Shown: positions 7,845 to 14,802 of the stretch, in pieces
How positions within the stretch are numbered: position 1 is the first letter of the stretch
Layout: each line of letters starts with the position of its first letter
Origin: an uncultured Alphaproteobacteria bacterium
GTDB lineage: Bacteria; Electryoneota; RPQS01; DYHQ01
Direction of reading: 5' to 3'
DNA: 28,063 nt
NCBI GenBank assembly: GCA_965372735.1
Contig: CBDVDL010000001.1
Coordinates: 1-28,063, forward strand
Program-made: the position numbers and the translations under genes
The notes under the pieces: model-generated
The model's input: only the letters and a program-made list of their open reading frames with translations
Databases searched by the model: none
What the model was told of the DNA's origin: nothing

Positions 7845-8513
7845 TTATTCCCTGATAATCGCTTCTAACAGCCTCACCTGCCACTCCGGCCATTCGTGCA
7901 CGGAAACGTAGTCTGCGCTGCGGGGGATATACACCCATTCCGGTTTTGAATTTTTCGAAAAAACACGTAGTAGTTCTTTTGCGAAGATTTCAGCTTCAGC
8001 GGTTCTGCCCATCTCTTTCAACGCTCTCAGTTTTAAAATCTTCGCCAAGTCGTTGTACGGCGCGATTTCGAAGGCTTTTTCAAATTTATCCAGTGCTTTC
8101 GGCCATTTTCCTTCCGTCAGTTCCAACCAGCCTACAAACGTCAGCACATCATCGCCGTCAGGATCGAGAAGTTGCACTTCGTTAATTTCATGGCTTGCGG
8201 TTGCAGTATCTCCAGTTTGCAGAAGAAAGCGGGCATAATCCAAACGCAGTTCGACTATACCGGTGCGTCGTTTGAGCGCCGCTTCGAAATACGTCTTCGC
8301 GCCTTTGTTTTCGTCTGCATCTCCCAAAGCCAACGCCATTCCCCATAGCGCATCGGCTCTATCGCTTTGATACTCCAACACCTTCGCAAAATTTTGTTTC
8401 GCTTTTTTGTAATCTCCCGCGCGCAAATAAGCTCTGCCGAGAGCCTGATTCAGCTTAGAGGGTTCCTGAGACGCGAGCTTCGGAAACCCCTTTTCAAGCT
8501 CGTTGCAAGCCAT
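7845..8513 (-). CDS. TPR protein; probably the C-terminal part of the upstream TPR/peptidase gene
   Basis: Several TPR-like helical pairs; same frame as 8571..10544, separated only by TGA 8573-8571 and 19 sense codons. Confidence 0.7.
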   Translation of the reverse strand: MACNELEKGFPKLASQEPSKLNQALGRAYLRAGDYKKAKQNFAKVLEYQSDRADALWGMALALGDADENKGAKTYFEAALKRRTGIVELRLDYARFLLQTGDTATASHEINEVQLLDPDGDDVLTFVGWLELTEGKWPKALDKFEKAFEIAPYNDLAKILKLRALKEMGRTAEAEIFAKELLRVFSKNSKPEWVYIPRSADYVSVHEWPEWQVRLLEAIIRE

Positions 8514-8570
8514 CTCTTTATCCCCCGTTCGATGATAAGTCGCTTCCGCGTATTGAATGTACGCCTTCGC

Positions 8571-10532
8571 TCACGTCGGATGAAGTGTCTTCAGTGTCTC
8601 GGCATATTGAACAGCGATGTCATGGTGCCCAAGAATTGAATTGACGTGTGACAGAAGTTCTAAGACCGACAAATCCGTTGCACCATGCTTATAGGCTTTC
8701 TGCGCCATCGTTAGCGCATCTTCCGCCCGACCTTTTTCAAGGTAGCTCCCGCCCGCATTCACCAACCCAATCACATAGTAGAGTTCGTCGTTCTCAATCG
8801 ACAGAAAATGCTCGATTAAATCAACAAGCGCCGTGTCCAATTCGAAAAGACGCTCCCGGACAATTTCGCGAGTGTCGTAAGCGTTGCGCTGCGGAGATTC
8901 GTGCGCATTGGCAGCTTCAGCAAAGTACTCCCACACACTGGCGCCTTGATAGCGACTCATAAATGTCTTCGTTCCGGCGTTCTCGCACTCTTTCGCTTTT
9001 CGATACACCTCTTCAATCCGGTTTTTTTCGTCGGGCGTCAGGATGTAATGAACCTGATGGGTCAGCTCGTGCAGGACGGTGTTGTAGCGACCATAGATGG
9101 TGCGTTCGACATCCTCGATACCGGTCACGGTATTAAAACCGCCGCAGCCGCGCACATCATCCCACAAGCGCGAGTCGTACGAAATTCGCAAATCCTTCAG
9201 CGTTTCCAACTCGGGGCACTCGGAGAGTCGTTCGTAGAGAGGTTTGATGTAGTAAGTGCAGCCGCTTTCAACCAGCACCGGCACGAAAGCTTTCCACGGA
9301 GCAACAGACAACGCGACCTGTTTTTGATGACGCGGCGAAAGAGCTTTCCAGTTCATTACGAATTCGTCAATGCGGGGAACATCCGGCATCAAGCGAGCAT
9401 CAAACGTTTGCCAATCGGAATGCCTGTAGATACTCTCTCGCATCCGTTTGCCTTCCATCGCCTTTGCGTAACCATTGTGCGCGCGGCCGTACGCTGGACA
9501 GATTTTTAGAGCCGCTTTGAAGTATTGCCTCGCCTTTTCAAATTCCTCCTGCGCCCAGGCGATTGCTCCTAATATCGTCAGCGGTTCCACCCAATCAGGA
9601 GGCGCGTCTGCTATCTGCTGAAGCTTAGCTTTCGCCGCTGTGACATCTCCGGCACTTAGAAGATTTTTTGCTTCGTCAAGTTTCTTTTGTCCTTCACTGT
9701 CAGAGAAAATGTTAGGATATTCTTCTACGAGCTGCGTATAGTTAAAACGCGCAAAACCGTTGCCGAGGTAGTAATGTGCCATTTCATGATACGGATTGAC
9801 TTCGAGCGCCTTTTCCAAAACACGCGTCGCTTCCTGAACGCGTCCGAGTCGCAGGAGCGGCTGAACCATTGCGGAAAGCAAATTATCGCTGAACGTTCGC
9901 TCGTCTAAAATCGCAACAAGCGTATCCAGCGCAATTTGATTTTCATTCTGCTTGTACTTGACTTGAGACACCCCAATAACCGCCAGCGCTTTCCAAGACT
10001 CGCTCTGCGCTTCATGAAGAGCGCGCGTGTAGTACTCGTTGGAGCGATCAAAATCGAGCAGACGGTAGTACAAATTCGCGCGCGCCAATAGAGCCGGAAT
10101 ATTGTCTGAATCCTCAGCCAAAAGCTTTTCACTCAAACTATCGATTCCGGGTAAATCTTCCTTCGCCTGCAAAAGCTGAAACTCGAGCCAGCGCAAATTC
10201 TCTGATTTTGAATGCCGCCCAAGACCCTGCCAGATAATCTTTTCAGCAGCTTTAAAATTATACTTCTTCAAATAGATTTCCGCGTCTATGACATCGGCTT
10301 TGTCGGGATTTCCATCGCGCAATGCCTGCCCTAATAAAGCAACCTCATCGAAATATCCCAGTCGCAGAGCGATACTGGCACGCTCCACAAGAGACTTAGA
10401 CGCATCGTCCCACACGCCTTCAAGAGCTTCGTGAGTCGTCTGGATTTTTTGCTCCAGCGTCGGAGATGCGGCAACAATACCGGATACAATAAAAGTAAGA
10501 GATATAAGGATTGTCAAACATTGCTGTTTCAT
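8571..10532 (-). CDS. Exported TPR protein with HExxH zinc-metallopeptidase-like domain
   Basis: GAGG SD before ATG 10532; signal-peptide-like N-terminus; TPR repeats; TVLHELTH (HELTH 9071-9057) and downstream EYFAEA. Confidence 0.8.
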   Translation of the reverse strand: MKQQCLTILISLTFIVSGIVAASPTLEQKIQTTHEALEGVWDDASKSLVERASIALRLGYFDEVALLGQALRDGNPDKADVIDAEIYLKKYNFKAAEKIIWQGLGRHSKSENLRWLEFQLLQAKEDLPGIDSLSEKLLAEDSDNIPALLARANLYYRLLDFDRSNEYYTRALHEAQSESWKALAVIGVSQVKYKQNENQIALDTLVAILDERTFSDNLLSAMVQPLLRLGRVQEATRVLEKALEVNPYHEMAHYYLGNGFARFNYTQLVEEYPNIFSDSEGQKKLDEAKNLLSAGDVTAAKAKLQQIADAPPDWVEPLTILGAIAWAQEEFEKARQYFKAALKICPAYGRAHNGYAKAMEGKRMRESIYRHSDWQTFDARLMPDVPRIDEFVMNWKALSPRHQKQVALSVAPWKAFVPVLVESGCTYYIKPLYERLSECPELETLKDLRISYDSRLWDDVRGCGGFNTVTGIEDVERTIYGRYNTVLHELTHQVHYILTPDEKNRIEEVYRKAKECENAGTKTFMSRYQGASVWEYFAEAANAHESPQRNAYDTREIVRERLFELDTALVDLIEHFLSIENDELYYVIGLVNAGGSYLEKGRAEDALTMAQKAYKHGATDLSVLELLSHVNSILGHHDIAVQYAETLKTLHPT

Positions 10533-10570
10533 GGAATACCTCACCGGGGAAATTTTTTATCATAGCATCA

Positions 10571-11776
10571 TCAGGTGCGCGTACTCTTTTTCAAATCCTC
10601 CCAGCACATCACCTGAAAAGGAGATTCGCGGCGTAACTCTTCCGCTTCTTCTTTCGCGAATACGAAAACGACGGCGTCATCCGGCTCAAACAGATTCAAA
10701 TCAATATCGCCGAGATGCCGCCATTCTTTTTCTTCGCGCCAGTTGTTTTCGCCGTGGCCGCAACTTTGGAAAAAGGGTGCGTCCTGCTCCTGCAGGAAAC
10801 GGAATTGATAATCTTCGCCATAGATAACGCATCTTGCGCCGAGCGATTCGAGTTTGCTTCGATTGAGTGCGATGCCATACGGTTCGAAGGTCCATCGAAA
10901 AAGACCGGGCCGCCATTTCACGAGCTTCGCTAATTCCCACGGCAGACATTCTGTCAGCGACACCACACATTTATCTCCGCGAATGAGCTTGTTCGATGCC
11001 ATCAAACGCCGCTGTTTCAGGATTCGTTTCAGCGTGCGAAAACCGCTTCGAGGATAGCCACTTTCTTCTCTATCAAAAGCGGCATAGAAATCAGCCTTTG
11101 TTTCGCCCGGCCAAGGAGCAGTCGTTTTTCTCGTCCAATGCGTTAAAGCTTCCCACGGCAGTACATTGCCTCGCGGATTAGCAATTTCCAAGTTCGAGAA
11201 GGGTGAACGTCCCGTTTCTTTCTTGTAGGGAATTCTGTTCTCTTCATTCACTTTGCTGGAAACTTCGATAGCGGTTTCGAGGTTTCCGCCGGGACGAATG
11301 GAGACAGGATACAGTGCCTCGGCCAGCGCAACGATCCACGCATCGCGTTTTGGAAATTTTGAGAGCGACTTAAAAGAGTTTGGATAATCGTTTGTGAAAA
11401 CAAAGAGTGTTTTGTCCGCGTCGAGATGGAAATCTCGCGCGATTTCGGAAGCAAATTCAGCGGCATCATTCTGCGACACATCCGGGACGACGATGATGAG
11501 TTCGCTGTCGCATGCGGCAGCTTTCCATGTCACCAACTCCCACGTAAACATCCCGACGCTGGAAATAATAACGGCATTGCTTTCCACAAGTTCCTGCACG
11601 AGATGAAGCGTCTTTTGTATCCAATCAGCGCCGGCGTCGGGAAATTTCCCATGACGGGAATTCAGCACCGCTGCCGTGCGCTTATCGAGCAGACTAAGAT
11701 TTCCTATAATCGAAACAGTACCTTCATTTTGAATGGTAAAGGGAGCACAAATCCGGGATAATCCTGCCGATTCCAT
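10571..11776 (-). CDS. Uncharacterised fusion: degenerate DprA/SLOG-like N-terminus plus AbiGi/ART-like C-terminus
   Basis: N-terminal GNLSLLDKRTAAVLNSR and RDAWIVALAEALYPVS echo DprA; C-terminal LTHWTR, VVSLTE, EPYGIAL, VIYG, EEKEWR. ORF clearly coding, function inferred. Confidence 0.6.
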   Translation of the reverse strand: MESAGLSRICAPFTIQNEGTVSIIGNLSLLDKRTAAVLNSRHGKFPDAGADWIQKTLHLVQELVESNAVIISSVGMFTWELVTWKAAACDSELIIVVPDVSQNDAAEFASEIARDFHLDADKTLFVFTNDYPNSFKSLSKFPKRDAWIVALAEALYPVSIRPGGNLETAIEVSSKVNEENRIPYKKETGRSPFSNLEIANPRGNVLPWEALTHWTRKTTAPWPGETKADFYAAFDREESGYPRSGFRTLKRILKQRRLMASNKLIRGDKCVVSLTECLPWELAKLVKWRPGLFRWTFEPYGIALNRSKLESLGARCVIYGEDYQFRFLQEQDAPFFQSCGHGENNWREEKEWRHLGDIDLNLFEPDDAVVFVFAKEEAEELRRESPFQVMCWEDLKKSTRT

Positions 11777-11975
11777 AGATTAAAGATACAACTCTTCGCT
11801 GGTAAAGAGCAAGTCTCTCGCTGGATGCAAATTTCCCATTGCGGCAGGGTCGGGGGACCCTGCTCGGCGCGTCTTCTACTACCCGCCACCTCCGGTCGCG
11901 GATTATTTCGCCTTCCGGCCGCGTAATCTTGTGGGTGGGCCCGCAAGATATTAACGCCAATTTTACAAATAAGAC

Positions 11976-12003
11976 AAAAAAAAAGCGACCACGCGGTCGC
12001 TTT
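11976..12003 (-). terminator. Intrinsic terminator after cheW-HDOD
   Basis: AAAGCGACC/GGTCGCTTT stem with a 9-T tract on the - strand, just past the HDOD stop. Confidence 0.85.
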
Positions 12004-12030
12004 CTCAAATAACGTAAATCAATATTTTTG

Positions 12031-12999
12031 TCAAGTCGCGATGGCAACAAATTCCCGCGCACGCGCAATGTGATCCTCTAATTCGAGCATGAACGCTTCG
12101 ACATCCCAGTTTGCAATCTCAGGCTGGATTTCACTCAGCATTTTCCATGCGGTATTATTAATGGTCACTTCTTCTGCGTCATTCCCGGAAAAACCGATAC
12201 CGGCATGTTGGCAGAAGGTATCCGACAGATTGACAAGCGCGACAAGCTGCCGACTTTCGCTGTCGGCTACCTCGGGATGATGATGATAGCCGATAGCGTC
12301 ACAGATATTCTTGGGCAGCGACCAAATTTCAGCCAGCCAGCTACCCAGTTCCGCATGGTTGACTCCCAACACGCTGTCCTCAGCTTCAATCATCGGGATT
12401 TTTTGTTCGTGGGAGCGTTTCAAAGCCTCCATGAAATCATCATGGAAATATTGATCCAGAATAATCTTGCCGATATCATGCACCAAACCTGCCGTAAATC
12501 CTTCTGAGTTCAAGCGAAGCTTCAGCCGTATGGATATCGCCCGCGCAATTTCTCCACACCCTGCCGAATGCAGCCAGAACGCTTTTCGATCAAACGTCAT
12601 TTGCCCGGCTTTTTGCGGAAAGGCTCGAAAGATAGCGATGCAAGAAACGATATTCGCGAGTTCCCGCATCCCAAGAATCACCAGCGCTGTGTTCAAAGAT
12701 TCCACATGCCTTGACATCCCATAAAAGGAAGAGTTTGCCACACGAAGCAGCCTGGCAGTCAAAGACGGATCATCGCGGATAATCCGAACAATATCAGACA
12801 TCCCGGATACGGGATCGCGAGCCAGTCTCGATACTTCCATCGCAATATGCGGAAGTGTCGGAAGGTCGCCCGCCCGCGCAATAGCTTCCTTCATACGCTC
12901 CAGATTTACATTGAGACTTCCTGTGTGCGTTCCGTTTGCTGTAGAAATTTCAGATTTCTCTGAGACGTGAGAATCCATCATTCGATTTATCCTTTTCAC
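12031..12999 (-). CDS. HDOD domain protein
   Basis: DLPTLP, DPSLTARLLRVANSSFYG, AGLVHDIGKIIL, HAELGSWLAEIWSLP, YHHHP motifs; GTG overlaps the CheW stop. Confidence 0.9.
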   Translation of the reverse strand: MKRINRMMDSHVSEKSEISTANGTHTGSLNVNLERMKEAIARAGDLPTLPHIAMEVSRLARDPVSGMSDIVRIIRDDPSLTARLLRVANSSFYGMSRHVESLNTALVILGMRELANIVSCIAIFRAFPQKAGQMTFDRKAFWLHSAGCGEIARAISIRLKLRLNSEGFTAGLVHDIGKIILDQYFHDDFMEALKRSHEQKIPMIEAEDSVLGVNHAELGSWLAEIWSLPKNICDAIGYHHHPEVADSESRQLVALVNLSDTFCQHAGIGFSGNDAEEVTINNTAWKMLSEIQPEIANWDVEAFMLELEDHIARAREFVAIAT

Positions 13000-13469
13000 C
13001 TTTCAAAATATTCACCCGAATAGCTCTCATCCAACCCGTCTATCAGCCTTTCGAAATCAGGCAAAAGCAGGTTGCATCCGGGGACGACCGCCGAAATATA
13101 CTCAGGGTGTTCCTTGGATGGAGGTATCACAGCGCCGGGAGGCAATTTAATAACCTCATGGAGTTTATCGACGAGCATACCAACCGGACCCTTGCTTGTT
13201 TGCATGACAAGAATACGCATATCTTCATCGAGACGCCGGGGAGCGATTCCCAGAAGACAACGCAAATTTATCACAGGCACCCGCGAATCGCGAAGATGCA
13301 ATTCTCCTTCGATATATTCCGGTAAATCCGGCGTAGGTATAATCGGAGATGCCCAACAAATCGCTTGAATTTCCTCGACATCGGCAGCGAAGTTCATTTC
13401 CTCAAGCTGAAAATGAACCACTCGCATCTCCCCACTATGCAAAATCGCTGTCGGAGCTAACAAGTTCAT
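12996..13469 (-). CDS. CheW-like protein
   Basis: PDLPEYIEGELHLRDSRVPVINLRCLLG and GMLVDKLHEV match the CheW pattern; AAGGAG SD. Confidence 0.85.
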   Translation of the reverse strand: MNLLAPTAILHSGEMRVVHFQLEEMNFAADVEEIQAICWASPIIPTPDLPEYIEGELHLRDSRVPVINLRCLLGIAPRRLDEDMRILVMQTSKGPVGMLVDKLHEVIKLPPGAVIPPSKEHPEYISAVVPGCNLLLPDFERLIDGLDESYSGEYFER

Positions 13470-13552
13470 AAAGTCTCCTTAGGATTATCTATACGATATG
13501 ATATAACCCGCACCAAGCCTCTACCGCATGACAGAAGCCCGAAACCTGAGCA

Positions 13553-13771
13553 TTAAGAGACTCTTGCTTTCTTTTCCAAACCCGCCAGAAGCCGCAGAGC
13601 AATCCGATTCGGCTGTGATTTCCCGTTTTCCCAACGATTTACCGTTGAGAAGGTCACCCCGATCATATGGGCAAAATCTTCCTGAGTCAGGCGCAGCCGT
13701 TGCCTCAAATCACGGATGCGAGACGGTTCCATGTCTAAACGTTCCAAGGCCTTATCCTCCATTTCTTCCAT
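13553..13771 (-). CDS. XRE-family helix-turn-helix protein
   Basis: IRDLRQRLRLTQEDFAHMIGVTFSTVNRWENGKSQP; start uncertain (could be the later MEPSR ATG). Confidence 0.85.
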   Translation of the reverse strand: MEEMEDKALERLDMEPSRIRDLRQRLRLTQEDFAHMIGVTFSTVNRWENGKSQPNRIALRLLAGLEKKARVS

Positions 13772-13921
13772 AAGTGTGCGATAGAATACTCGATAGGTTT
13801 TTGCAAAAGCCGTGCCTTGCGTAAGTGGATGCTTTTCAAGGCGATATTATCTGATTTCGGTTCACATTCTTCCCATCCGACTGTAGGATGCAGCCATAAT
13901 CTTCATAGGGCACTTTTGAAC

Positions 13922-13966
13922 TTGCAACAATGCTGTAAGAAATGGTATATTTAAAGGATATATACC
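13922..13966 (+). promoter_or_regulatory. Promoter for dapF with overlapping inverted repeat
   Basis: TTGCAA (13922-13927), 18 nt, TATATT (13946-13951); GGTATAT-N9-ATATACC spans 13944-13966. Confidence 0.45.
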
Positions 13967-13978
13967 GGAAGCGTCCCC

Positions 13979-14794
13979 ATGAAACTTAGCTTTAAAAAAT
14001 ACCACGGACTTGGAAACGATTTTATCGTCCTGGACGGCCGCGCTGAAACGCCAGCGCTCAGGCCGGAACACGTGCGCGCGCTTTGCGACCGGCATCGCGG
14101 TATCGGCGCGGATGGCGTTCTAAGTCTTCAAACAGGCCAACAAGCGCTCTATCGGATGGTTCTGCACAATGCTGACGGCAGCCCGGCGGAAGTTTCCGGC
14201 AATGGTTTGCGCTGTTTCGCGCTTTTCCTGCGAGACATCGGCGAGGACATTTCGGGTTCAATCCGTATCGAAACAGGGCCGGAAATTTCCGAAGTCGAAA
14301 TCGTGCAGGACAATCACGTGCGAGTGCAAATGCCTCGCCCGAATTTTCACGTCGAACCTCCAATGAAACCCAAAACGCAGCGATTGGATGTGGCGGGACA
14401 ATCTTTCGAAGTGCTGTTGCTTTCCGTGGGGAATCCGCATTGTGTGATTTTCGGGCCGTTGCGCGATGAAATCTTCGTCCGAACTTATGGCCCCTTAATC
14501 GAAAAAGATAATATTTTTCCCGCGGGCACGAATGTGGAATTCGCTCATATCATCAGCCGGAATTCCTGCCAGCTTACGGTTTGGGAGCGGGGAGCAGGTT
14601 TGACGCTCGCCTGCGGTTCCGGCGCGGCGGCAACAGTCTGCGCGGGCGCAATCTTGGGCAAGCTGCAAACAGGCGCTCCGGTCACTGTCATTCAAAACGG
14701 TGGGGATTTAGACGTCACCGTGAGTCCTGACTTTTCACAAGTCACTCTCGAAGGCCCGGCGCAGTTTGTTTTCAGTGGAGAAATCATCATTTAA
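13979..14794 (+). CDS. dapF: Diaminopimelate epimerase (first catalytic Cys replaced by Ser)
   Basis: KYHGLGNDF, GIGADG, SVGNPHCV, FPAGTNVEF, WERGAGLTLACGSG motifs; residue 73 is Ser (EVSGNG). Confidence 0.88.
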   Translation: MKLSFKKYHGLGNDFIVLDGRAETPALRPEHVRALCDRHRGIGADGVLSLQTGQQALYRMVLHNADGSPAEVSGNGLRCFALFLRDIGEDISGSIRIETGPEISEVEIVQDNHVRVQMPRPNFHVEPPMKPKTQRLDVAGQSFEVLLLSVGNPHCVIFGPLRDEIFVRTYGPLIEKDNIFPAGTNVEFAHIISRNSCQLTVWERGAGLTLACGSGAAATVCAGAILGKLQTGAPVTVIQNGGDLDVTVSPDFSQVTLEGPAQFVFSGEIII

Positions 14795-14802
14795 TCTATG
14801 AT

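Noticed and set aside
12005-12033. TTGACA-N17-TATTTG promoter on the - strand at the HDOD stop
   Set aside because: Weak -10, TTGACA partly made by the stop codon, and it would fire directly into a strong terminator.
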